From: Calditrichales bacterium
GTDB taxonomy: Bacteria; Calditrichota; Calditrichia; Calditrichales; J004
Direction: 5' to 3'
Assembly: GCA_965267575.1 (NCBI GenBank)
Contig: OZ254086.1
Coordinates: 4,032,001 to 4,096,000, forward strand
Length of the DNA stretch: 64,000 nucleotides
Both the position numbers and the translations under genes were made by a program. Shown here piece by piece: positions 27,671-36,231 of this stretch (positions within the stretch are counted from its first letter, which is position 1; each line of letters opens with the position of its first letter). Under the pieces are notes generated by a model. It saw only the letters and a program-made list of their open reading frames with translations, was not told the origin of the DNA and ran no database searches.

Positions 27671-30418
27671 TTAGAAACCAACTGTTATACCGACGCGCAC
27701 TTCCCGCGGCGGAAGATAAAAGGAAGGATTATTGAAAAACTCTTCGACCGTGTTCAGCTCTTCGTATTCTTCAGCCAGCTTATCCGTGCTTTTGGCCGGA
27801 TTCTGACTTTGCTCCAGCGAGTAACCTGCCGTGCCCGTGTCGTTATAAACAAAGCGCTCATTCAGGCGGTCAAACAGGTTGAATACTTTCAGGAAAAGCG
27901 TCACGTCTACAGCATTGAACCCAAATGTCTTCTCAGCCATCAGGTCCACATTAAGCTGCATCGGCTTGCGCTCGCTGTTCTGGCGCAGGAATATCTGGCG
28001 GTCGAACAAAACGGGCGTGTAAGGCAAACCGTTGCCATAACGGCCAATCACCGTAAAGATGGAATTCCAGTCGCTCTTAACCAGGCTGAATGTGCCGTTG
28101 ATCGTATGGGTTTGATCCCAGCTGAGCAAGACGGGGATTTTCTCGCTTTGCGTGCCGGAGCTCAGGTCGCTGAAAAAAGCGTTGGCATCGGTGTCGTTGC
28201 CTTCTGCTACCTGGAAGGTGTAATCAAGCGAGGCACGTATCATGTCGTCACGATCGCGCTGCTTGAGGAAGCTGAGAACGATACCCTTGATATTGGCGTA
28301 ATCCTTATTCACGTATTTATCGTACACCTTGGATGTGCTGACGCGAATACGCTGAAGCGCCAGCAGATCGCGCACGTCTTTGTAATAGCCCGTAATCGTA
28401 AAGGCCGTGTTATCGGTAAGCTGTTGCTGCAAACCGATTTCGTAGGAAACGTTCTTTTCCGGTTTCAGGTCTGCATTGCCGTAGGTCGGTATGCCCGGTG
28501 TATAGGCAAACTCCGAATTGGTATAGAGAAAACGGAATGGCGGCAGTTGGAAAAAGTGGCCGTAGGAAAAGTGGATAACCGCCGTGCTCGATATCGGGAA
28601 GGATACGCCCAGGCGCGGGCTGAGCTGGTATTTGGGATCCGCTTCGTCCAGCAGTTCATCCGGGTTTACGGAGCCGGGCAGATCAGGATCAAACGGTGTC
28701 GGGTTAAACAGGTCTGTAGAATACTGCGATTTGGCGTCCATATAATCAAAGCGCAGCCCGACGTTCAACACCAGGCTTTCAAACTCCATCTTGTCCTGGG
28801 CGTAGGCGGAGAATTCAACCGGTTTTTTACTGTAGCGCTCGTGCTCCGGCGAGGCCAGGCTCGGAATAAACGGATCATCTTCCATCGATTCACGCTTGAC
28901 CGTGAAAAACTGGTAATCGATCGTGTGCGTTTTGCCCTCAACACCCATCTTTATTTCGTGGCTGTTGGTTACCTGCGAAACAAGGTCGATTTTGCCGCCA
29001 TAGGTGTTGGAACGCTGGTAGAAATGGTCATTAAGTGTGCCGCCATTGTTGAATGTATAGTTGGCGGCCGTCACGTTGATAGCCTGCTCCGGGCGGTACC
29101 TCGGGTCCGGCCTGAGACTGCTGAAATCCTCTCCCGGGAAAAAGTCCGCCGTATTCCCGGAACTGTCCAGTAATGGATAAAGATAGCGGTTAAAATCATT
29201 CCGGGACCATGTACCGCGCAGCGTGTAAAATGTCTTTGGGCTTAATACATGCTTAAGCTCCAACGTGTTTACGATTCCCCATTCGCGGCGGTTATAGTTG
29301 GCTTCGGGATTGTATTTCAGCGAATGGCTGTAGCTCTTCCAGCGGCTGTTGGACCAGATGACATCGTAATTCAGCTTGAGCGCGTCCAACGGCTTAAACG
29401 TAAATTTACCCGTAATGCTGTGTTCATAAGAAGCATTCATCGGCACCTTTTTATTATCGCCGCTGGCTTCTATGATAAAATTCTGAGGGTCGTTGGGGTC
29501 TTTGGTAATTTCATCCGACGGCAGGTGCTGGCGGATGCCGTAGAGATAGCCGTCTTTATTTTCAAAGCGGGCCGAGGCAAAGAAGGTGAGTTGGTCTTCC
29601 AGCCCGGGAATCGGCCCGCTAAATGTTGTTTCCAGAACATTGTTGGCTAATGGCGCCACATCTCCTATGTTCAGGAAAACATCGTCCCGGCCGCTAAGGT
29701 AATCGCCGCTGTAGGCCGAAACGCTGCCTTTGAATTCCTTACCGCCCTCCTTGGTCACCATATTGACGATGCCGGAAAGCGCGTTGCCGTACTCGGCATT
29801 GAATGTCCCGCTGACCACGGACAGCTCGCTGATGGCGTTGGTGGCCACCTGCACCGATCGCGAGTTATCGTAAGGATTGGACACGGAAATACCGTTTACA
29901 TTATAGGTTACTTCCGTGCTTCTGCCGCCGCGGATGTGCAGTTCACCCCCCGCTCCCTCGGTGATACCGGCCTGCAGCGTCAGGATCTGCTGCACGTCTT
30001 CCACGGGCAGCGCCTCAATCTCATCGGAGCTGATCGATGTTTGTGACGATGTGAGGTCTTTGCGGATAAGCTCGCGCTCTGCCTCCACCACGACCGTCTC
30101 CCCTTCCATCACTTCCGGGGTCAGTTTAAAGTTCAGCTTGGTCGTAAAATCAGCGTTTACCTGAACGTTTTTGACCTCCTGGCGCGCGTAACCCACCGCT
30201 TCGGCGATGACCGTGTAGCTACCGGGTGAGATATTGTTGATCACATAAATCCCCTCAATATCCGTGGCCGCGCCCTGTGTGGTACCCTGCAGATAGATGT
30301 TTATGCCGGGCAGCGGTTCACCGGATTCGGCATCGCTGACCGCCCCTGCAATCTTACCGGTTGTGCCGGCATAAGCCATCGAAAACAGACTGAATAGAAT
30401 GGCAAAAAAAAGTCGCAT
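27671..30418 (-). CDS. TonB-dependent receptor with N-terminal carboxypeptidase-regulatory-like domain
   Basis: GTTGKIAG.V.D..GEPLPG, plug HIRGGR..FNAEYGNALSGIVN, SPRLG, GNADLKPE, PREVRVG, C-terminal Phe. Confidence 0.93.
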   Translation of the reverse strand: MRLFFAILFSLFSMAYAGTTGKIAGAVSDAESGEPLPGINIYLQGTTQGAATDIEGIYVINNISPGSYTVIAEAVGYARQEVKNVQVNADFTTKLNFKLTPEVMEGETVVVEAERELIRKDLTSSQTSISSDEIEALPVEDVQQILTLQAGITEGAGGELHIRGGRSTEVTYNVNGISVSNPYDNSRSVQVATNAISELSVVSGTFNAEYGNALSGIVNMVTKEGGKEFKGSVSAYSGDYLSGRDDVFLNIGDVAPLANNVLETTFSGPIPGLEDQLTFFASARFENKDGYLYGIRQHLPSDEITKDPNDPQNFIIEASGDNKKVPMNASYEHSITGKFTFKPLDALKLNYDVIWSNSRWKSYSHSLKYNPEANYNRREWGIVNTLELKHVLSPKTFYTLRGTWSRNDFNRYLYPLLDSSGNTADFFPGEDFSSLRPDPRYRPEQAINVTAANYTFNNGGTLNDHFYQRSNTYGGKIDLVSQVTNSHEIKMGVEGKTHTIDYQFFTVKRESMEDDPFIPSLASPEHERYSKKPVEFSAYAQDKMEFESLVLNVGLRFDYMDAKSQYSTDLFNPTPFDPDLPGSVNPDELLDEADPKYQLSPRLGVSFPISSTAVIHFSYGHFFQLPPFRFLYTNSEFAYTPGIPTYGNADLKPEKNVSYEIGLQQQLTDNTAFTITGYYKDVRDLLALQRIRVSTSKVYDKYVNKDYANIKGIVLSFLKQRDRDDMIRASLDYTFQVAEGNDTDANAFFSDLSSGTQSEKIPVLLSWDQTHTINGTFSLVKSDWNSIFTVIGRYGNGLPYTPVLFDRQIFLRQNSERKPMQLNVDLMAEKTFGFNAVDVTLFLKVFNLFDRLNERFVYNDTGTAGYSLEQSQNPAKSTDKLAEEYEELNTVEEFFNNPSFYLPPREVRVGITVGF

Positions 30419-30627
30419 ACTCCCCCCGTTTACATGTAAACTGTCCAGATAGTTCGGATTCTGAACAATCACCATAAAAAAAATGCTTTTGGGATTTTAA
30501 CAAGTTAAAAAGGACAGATAGACGATAAAAAAGCCCGCTCAAAAAATCAAATGAAAATTCTACTATTTTATGCTTGTAAATTAATTTCATGGTCTTACAT
30601 TTCGAAAAACTTATCAAGGGTTTGATT

Positions 30628-32379
30628 ATGAATAATTTCCAAACAATATCTTATGTATGGTTAAGCCTCCTATTAAGTATGTGCTTATCAACCAGCCAGG
30701 ATTATATGGTGTTTGAGCAAAATGCCTTTAAAATTCCCGTCGACAATCGCGGAGGCTATGGCAATAGCTGGCTTATACCGGATAGCCTGAAAACCACGCA
30801 ATATAATAATGATTCTTTTATTCTATATGCTGCCGGATTTATGATGACCGGAAAACTTGATACGTTACTATGGTGTAACGGTACATTTGATGCGGGATTA
30901 CATCAAGGCTATTTACCCGGTACTTATGCTAACCCGGACCCGGATCAAAACATTTTCAGGATTTCAAAAAATGATACTGCATTCGGAAAAGCCTGGCAGC
31001 AATGGAAGGCAGCTGTTGACCTTGGAGCGCCTTTTTTTGATGGAGATAATGACGGCGTCTATAGCCCTGTTGATAAGAATTTAAACGGACAATGGGATGA
31101 GGATGAAGACAAGCCTTTATTTCAAGGAGACAAAACAATTTGGCTTAAGTATTATGATGGAGAGCCACAAGAAAGCCGTGGCGATATCATCGACCCTAAT
31201 GGTCCAGTGGGAATTGAAATAGAACAATCTGTATTTGGCTGGGGAGCCGATACAACTCATCCACTTTACGAAACCATTTTTATACGCTATATATTAGAAA
31301 ACACGGGTATCTATTCCGACGTTCTTGATTCGCTTTATTTTGCACCCGCCATTGATCCGGATATCGGCCAAACCTATGAAGACGACTGGGGTGTCAGTGA
31401 TCTTGCAAGCAAAGCCGGTTTTGGTCACGACAATACAAATAACTGGAAAATACTGTATGACCCGGTACGTTTTATAACAAGACCGCCGGCATTAGGCCTC
31501 GACATCGTCGTCAACGCTCAGACCCGAATACCCAGCGTTACTTACAAGGACCTAAACGGAAACGGACGCTTTGACGGACGCAGCGACATACCGCTCAGCG
31601 AAGTCACTGTATTTAGAGGTCCGGATATAGAAAGAGTGGTTTATCCTGGTGCTTCCGATGTAGGCACTCACGCGGTCCGGCCATATCCCAAAGATCCCTA
31701 CGATCCGGATTCACGGCAAGATGTCCGCTGGCTGACGATGGGTGGCCGCAACAAATCGGGTGCTATTATTGATCCCTGCACATATCCTTATGGCAATGGC
31801 CCGGAACTGGAAGGTTGCGACACACTCAATCCGCTATTTATGTTCAGTGGCGATCCGGTAAGCGGTACAGGCTGGTTTATGGCTACGAATTACGATATCC
31901 GTGTTCTTGTATCCACGGGTCCTTTCCGCCTGGAAAAGGGAAATCCCGTGGAAATACTTGTGGCATTTACGGTTACACGAGGCGAAAACCATCTCAACAG
32001 TGTTACCAAAGGTAAAAAAACGGTGCAATGGCTCAATACATTTTATCAGGGTAATTTTTCGGATTTTACATCACTGCCAATTGGGAAACCGGCAAACCCA
32101 ACCGAATCCCAACTGTTACCAAACTATCCAAATCCGTTTAACGCCAGCACGAACATCACCTATCGTATTTCCGACAAAAGCCTGGTTACGCTTTCGGTAT
32201 ACGATGCCCTTGGACGGGAAATAAGGCAAATCGAAAATGGCTGGAAAACTGCAGGATTGCATAAAGTTACTTTTGACGCCGGTGCATTGTCTTCAGGGAT
32301 TTATTATTATCGTTTGAATGTAAAGCCGGCAGGCGGCAAACCATTTACAGAAACGCGCAAGGCATTACTGATCAAATAA
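30628..32379 (+). CDS. Secreted protein with T9SS type A-like sorting domain; shares a domain with the 24053-27670 protein
   Basis: C-terminal NYPNPFN..LSSGIYYYRL; GIEIEQ..IFIRY..N..LDS.YF..DPDIG; ORF is open from 30589. Confidence 0.8.
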   Translation: MNNFQTISYVWLSLLLSMCLSTSQDYMVFEQNAFKIPVDNRGGYGNSWLIPDSLKTTQYNNDSFILYAAGFMMTGKLDTLLWCNGTFDAGLHQGYLPGTYANPDPDQNIFRISKNDTAFGKAWQQWKAAVDLGAPFFDGDNDGVYSPVDKNLNGQWDEDEDKPLFQGDKTIWLKYYDGEPQESRGDIIDPNGPVGIEIEQSVFGWGADTTHPLYETIFIRYILENTGIYSDVLDSLYFAPAIDPDIGQTYEDDWGVSDLASKAGFGHDNTNNWKILYDPVRFITRPPALGLDIVVNAQTRIPSVTYKDLNGNGRFDGRSDIPLSEVTVFRGPDIERVVYPGASDVGTHAVRPYPKDPYDPDSRQDVRWLTMGGRNKSGAIIDPCTYPYGNGPELEGCDTLNPLFMFSGDPVSGTGWFMATNYDIRVLVSTGPFRLEKGNPVEILVAFTVTRGENHLNSVTKGKKTVQWLNTFYQGNFSDFTSLPIGKPANPTESQLLPNYPNPFNASTNITYRISDKSLVTLSVYDALGREIRQIENGWKTAGLHKVTFDAGALSSGIYYYRLNVKPAGGKPFTETRKALLIK

Positions 32380-33285
32380 ATGCCCGAATACCCCGACATA
32401 ACCATCTACATCGAGCGGCTGCGTTATTTTGTGCAGAACAAGACACTGCAGAAAACGCGCATCGCCAATCCTTTTATGCTGCGCACCTTCGATCCGCCGT
32501 TGAGTGCTTTGCAGGGCCTGAAACTGCTGCAATTGCGCCGGCTGGGCAAACGCATTATCTTTGAGTTTGAGAACAGTCTTTTCTTGGTGCTGCACCTGAT
32601 GATTGCCGGGAGGCTGCAGTGGACAAAGGCGGGCGCCAAAGTCCCCGGCAAAGTGGGTCTGGCGGCGCTGGATTTTGAGAACGGCACGCTGATCATCACC
32701 GAGGCATCGACACAAAAACGGGCCTCGCTGCATCTGCTGAAAGGCGCAAAGGCGCTGGCGGAGTTTGACCGCGGCGGATTGGAAATTTTTGATGCGACCG
32801 CGGATGCCTTCAAAAAAGCGATCACCAAAGAGAACCACACACTGAAGCGCACCCTGACCGACCCGCGCATTCTCAGCGGCATCGGCAACGCTTACTCCGA
32901 TGAGATCCTGCACGCGGCACAGCTCTCGCCGGTCACCCTTTCGCAAAAACTGGACGAGGGAGAAATCGAACGCTTGTATAAAGCCTGCAAAGAGATATTG
33001 ATACGATTTACAGAAACGATGCGCAGGGAGGTGGGCGACGGTTTCCCTAAAAAGGTGACCGCTTTTCGCGAAGATATGGCCGTGCATGGCAAATACGGCG
33101 CGCCCTGCCCTGCGTGCGGCACCAAGGTCCAGCGCATCCGCTACGCCAGCAACGAGACCAACTACTGCCCCACCTGCCAAACCGGCGGCAAGCTGCTGGC
33201 CGACCGCGCCCTGTCGCGCCTACTTAAAAGCGACTGGCCGCGCAGCGTGGATGAGCTGGAAGAGAAGTTTTCTGGCAATCGTTAA
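32380..33285 (+). CDS. Fpg/Nei-family DNA glycosylase
   Basis: N-terminal PE, RRLGK, HLMIAG, H2TH GIGNAYSDE, C..C/C..C zinc finger. Confidence 0.92.
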   Translation: MPEYPDITIYIERLRYFVQNKTLQKTRIANPFMLRTFDPPLSALQGLKLLQLRRLGKRIIFEFENSLFLVLHLMIAGRLQWTKAGAKVPGKVGLAALDFENGTLIITEASTQKRASLHLLKGAKALAEFDRGGLEIFDATADAFKKAITKENHTLKRTLTDPRILSGIGNAYSDEILHAAQLSPVTLSQKLDEGEIERLYKACKEILIRFTETMRREVGDGFPKKVTAFREDMAVHGKYGAPCPACGTKVQRIRYASNETNYCPTCQTGGKLLADRALSRLLKSDWPRSVDELEEKFSGNR

Positions 33286-33315
33286 GGTTGGCATTAAAGG
33301 AATTACCAAAAAACG

Positions 33316-33452
33316 AAAACCAATCGCGCCTCAAGCACGACGACGCATTATAGAGCGCCGTTTTCCGTCCCATAATTTTGCGCGAAAGCCGCTAAAATGC
33401 AAGACTCAATGCGTCAGGTCTTTTTGGTTCTTTTTGGACAGGCAAAAAGAAC
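33316..33452 (+). repeat. Repeat family A, copy 1 (about 135 bp)
   Basis: ccaatcgcgcctcaagcacgacgacgcattatagagc ... caatgcgtcaggtctttttggttctttttgg..caaaaagaac; recurs at 34047 (direct) and 33547 (inverted). Confidence 0.85.
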
Positions 33453-33546
33453 GGATGCCTTGACTTAAAATCCCAGGCCAAAAGAAAAATTCTAAATGAG
33501 TCTGTCTGACCATTCTCAAGACAATTAGAGAGGCGGGAATATGAAT

Positions 33547-33680
33547 GTTCTTTTTGTTTAGCCAAAAAGAACCAAAAAGCATATGCGCATTCAGAGCGTA
33601 TTATGGGCCTGCCGGAGTTGTGTTCACTGCCTTTCCTGCTCTACAAATGCGCAGTCACGCCTCAGGGCGTGATTGGGTTA
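33547..33680 (-). repeat. Repeat family A, copy 2 (inverted, diverged)
   Basis: Reverse complement reads acccaatcacgccctgaggcgtgactgcgcatttgtagagc ... aatgcgcatatgctttttggttctttttggctaaacaaaaagaac. Confidence 0.75.
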
Positions 33681-33729
33681 TGAAAAAACTCCCCTTCATC
33701 ATCTTTATAATTGATGACCGTCGCGGAGA

Positions 33730-33753
33730 TTATTGCCATATTACTTTGCCCAT
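33730..33753 (-). pseudogene. Stub of a RelE/ParE-type toxin gene (MGKVIWQ*)
   Basis: ATG overlaps the antitoxin 3' end; M.KVIW is a typical RelE/ParE start; stop after 7 codons. Confidence 0.5.
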
Positions 33754-33933
33754 TTCTTTAGCAGCTTTTTCTTTGCCTCTTCGTGCGGTATTCCTTTTCC
33801 TTGTTCTATTTCCCGTTCCGCCTGTTCGATTTTGGCCCGGATATACAGGGCGTGCATGATATCATCCATGGTGGATTCTTCAGGCAGGTTATCTATAATA
33901 CTTTTTCGCTTTTTCTTTAACGGATTCGGCCAT
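33741..33933 (-). pseudogene. Frameshifted small antitoxin-like gene
   Basis: GGGAG RBS; MAESVKEKAK then a +1 shift in an A5 run (33902-33906) into SIIDNLPEESTMDDIMHALYIRAKIEQAEREIEQGKGIPHEEAKKKLLKKWAK*. Confidence 0.75.
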
Positions 33934-34046
33934 GTTTACTCCCTTATTTTTTATTAAAAATAGTGTTTTATTGCGCCGTATGCGAATGATTTGATTTATT
34001 CTAGGCGACAGAAACGAATATATTTCTAAGGTGGTTTCAAGGCACA

Positions 34047-34161
34047 AAAACCCAATCGCGCCTCAAGCGCGACGACGCATTATAGAGCGCCGTTTCCCGG
34101 TAACAATTTTGCGCGAAAGCAGCTAAGATGCAAGACTCAATGCGTCAGGTCTTTTTGGTTC
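34047..34161 (+). repeat. Repeat family A, copy 3 (3'-truncated)
   Basis: Close direct copy of 33316-33430, ending just before a family B element. Confidence 0.85.
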
Positions 34162-34170
34162 CCAAGTTTT

Positions 34171-34312
34171 GAGCATCGTAGATGCACTCCGTCATAGAAA
34201 AGGTTACCTGCAAAAGAAGTAGCCGCATCGCGGCGGCCTGCGGGTACACCCCGATGGGGTTGCAGAGTTAGCGGAGCTTTTGGCTGCTATGACAGTATGG
34301 CCCGCAGGGCCT
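34171..34312. repeat. Repeat family B (REPIN-like), arms in swapped order
   Basis: gcatcgtagatgc..gtcatag, accccgatggggt, tgctatgac..ggcccgcagggcc; same motifs as the 60589, 63391 and 63650 copies. Confidence 0.7.
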
Positions 34313-34476
34313 TGACTTTGAGTTCTACGAGAGAATTCGGGGAAGCCATCACCTTTTTCGTAAAAAAAGACGTTGAAGAAAGAATCAACATTCAAAAAGA
34401 GGGAAATAAGGCCAAACCTTATTAGGTTAAGCCAATCAGAAGTATCTTAATTAAGTATAAACTTAGGTCAAGATAA
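34308..34476 (+). pseudogene. HicA-family toxin remnant (5' end lost, frameshift, premature stop)
   Basis: FYERIRGSHHLFRKK, then an extra A in the A7 run at 34362-34368, then DVEERINIQKEGNKAKPY*(TAG 34423)VKPIRSILIKYKL. Confidence 0.8.
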
Positions 34477-34685
34477 AGTACAAATATGAAATAATCATCC
34501 ACTGGAGCGAGGAAGACAATGCCTTTATCGCGGAGGTACCCGAACTGAAAGGATGTATGGCGCACGGCTCATCATATGACGATGCCCTTAAAAACGTTAA
34601 AGAGGCCATCTCGCTCTGGATTGATACGGCAAAAGAATTTGGTGACCCGATTCCAACACCGAAAGGCCGACTGCGCTACGCTTAA
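34473..34685 (+). pseudogene. HicB-family antitoxin, intact frame but start codon reads ATA
   Basis: (I)KYKYEIIIHWSEEDNAFIAEVPELKGCMAHGSSYDDALKNVKEAISLWIDTAKEFGDPIPTPKGRLRYA*. Confidence 0.8.
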
Positions 34686-34715
34686 TCACAGACACAACAC
34701 CAACAGTCTTGTTCG

Positions 34716-36008
34716 CTATCTCCGGTAACTCAACACACTCCCGCGCAACAACTCGCTTACCTTGACAAGCCGGTAGCCCCTGCTTTGCAGTTCGCCGATC
34801 AACTCATCAAGGGTTTCATAGGGAAAATCATTCTCCCGTTCGCTGCCCAGGTGCATCAGGATGATATTTCCCTGTAGCCCGCGTTTTTCCTCCAAATCCA
34901 GAAAATGGTCGCGTATCTCTGCCGCCGAGCGGTACAATGTGGAGCTGGTATCCTCCACCCAATCCCAGGAATCACAGCGCGCCGACCAGCCGATGTGGCG
35001 GTAGCCCAGTTCCGCCGCCCAATACAAAATCTCATTGTTGATCTCGCCAAACGGTGCCCGCCAGTACGGCGCCATGCGTTGGCCGGTAAGCTTAACATAG
35101 ACGCTGTCGGTCATGCGCAACTGGCGCTGCAGGTAGGCCCTGTTCACATTGTCGCGGGTGCGGTTGCTTCCGTCGATTTCCAGGTTGGTAAAATGGGGAT
35201 GGTTCCAGGAGTGATTGGCAATTTCGTGGCCGTCGTCCAACATTTGCCGTACCAGGCCCGGGTAGCGTTCGATAAAGCCGCCGGTTAAAAACATCGTGCT
35301 TTGCAGATTGTTTTTACGCAGGATGTCCAGGATTTCTTGCGCCCCGCGTTTGCTGCTGCCACCGTCAAAGGTCAGCGCCAGCTTTTTACCCGTGGCCGGA
35401 GCACTATAAACGGGACGCGTCAAATAATCCAGCCGCGGTGAACTGTAACTGATAACGAAGGAATCCACCAGCACGCTGCTCCCGTCAGGTCGCAAGCCCC
35501 AGATCAGGATTTGGTTTTCGCCGCTTTCCAGGGCTACATCCTCAAACTGCCACTGGCCGTTTTTGACAACCCCGCTTTGCCGCAAGTGTCCCTGGTGGCT
35601 CAGCGCCAGGGCCATGCCCTCCTCCGCTTCGATGCGCAGCTGCAGACGCCCGCGCACTGCCTGGCGCAGCGAGTCCACGGCAAAATTTCCCGGCGCGGGA
35701 TAGACCAGGCTGGAGTCATTCGCGGCGTTTACCGGTCTCTCTCCCGGCGGGTAGTCCGGCGCCAGCCACTGGTACATAACCACGTTCACCACAATAACAA
35801 TCGCCGTAAACCAGATCAGGTCACGCGAAGGCAGACTGCCCTTCAAAAGCGCCTTGCCGCGCCACTTCAGCGCGCAGGAAACACTGCAGAAAATATGATG
35901 AAAAATGGTTTTCTGGCAGTCGGTGCAGATGTAATCACGGCAATGATAACAGCGCCGGGCCGTCTTTTTATCGGGGTGATTTTTACATGCTTTGCGGGTC
36001 AGCGACAT
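34716..36008 (-). CDS. Membrane-anchored CE4 polysaccharide deacetylase with N-terminal B-box-like zinc finger
   Basis: CKNH..CYHC..ICTDC..FCSVSC, one TM helix, NodB motifs LTFDGG, HSWNH, RAPFG, LMH. Confidence 0.85.
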   Translation of the reverse strand: MSLTRKACKNHPDKKTARRCYHCRDYICTDCQKTIFHHIFCSVSCALKWRGKALLKGSLPSRDLIWFTAIVIVVNVVMYQWLAPDYPPGERPVNAANDSSLVYPAPGNFAVDSLRQAVRGRLQLRIEAEEGMALALSHQGHLRQSGVVKNGQWQFEDVALESGENQILIWGLRPDGSSVLVDSFVISYSSPRLDYLTRPVYSAPATGKKLALTFDGGSSKRGAQEILDILRKNNLQSTMFLTGGFIERYPGLVRQMLDDGHEIANHSWNHPHFTNLEIDGSNRTRDNVNRAYLQRQLRMTDSVYVKLTGQRMAPYWRAPFGEINNEILYWAAELGYRHIGWSARCDSWDWVEDTSSTLYRSAAEIRDHFLDLEEKRGLQGNIILMHLGSERENDFPYETLDELIGELQSRGYRLVKVSELLRGSVLSYRR

Positions 36009-36115
36009 CGGTCAACCATTGATTTTTATATAGGTGAATTGTTGAATTATTGGATTTAAAATGTAACACGACATTCATGTCGCGTAACAGACGACCACTC
36101 GCACAACACGACAAT

Positions 36116-36218
36116 GTCATTCCCGACTCGGTCGCGAATCCACAAAAAGCGCAATTTGCCGGCGATCCAGAATATTCCTGGCACGTGTGCTTTGGATCCC
36201 CGCCTTCGCGAGGATGAC
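36116..36218. repeat. Inverted pair of REP-like palindromes (family C)
   Basis: gtcattcccgactcggtcgcgaatcca (36116-36142) and tggatccccgccttcgcgaggatgac (36193-36218). Confidence 0.7.
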
Positions 36219-36231
36219 GCGTCCGCTTCTT

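Noticed and set aside
26159..29173. Long plus-strand ORFs (493 aa and 454 aa) antisense to the surface protein and the TonB receptor
   Set aside because: They lie wholly opposite well-supported genes, have no recognisable motifs, and are explained by the codon bias of the real strand. The same applies to 17237-18187, 11488-12183, 32365-33180 and 40364-41170.
33545..33957. ORF-track entries 33545-33859 and 33733-33957 on the plus strand
   Set aside because: They read through repeat A and antisense to the antitoxin relic, and their composition is not protein-like
33286..34715. TA genes between palindromic repeats as an integron cassette array
   Set aside because: There are no convincing RYYYAAC...GTTRRRY attC boundaries, the genes lie in opposite orientations, and no integrase is present in the window
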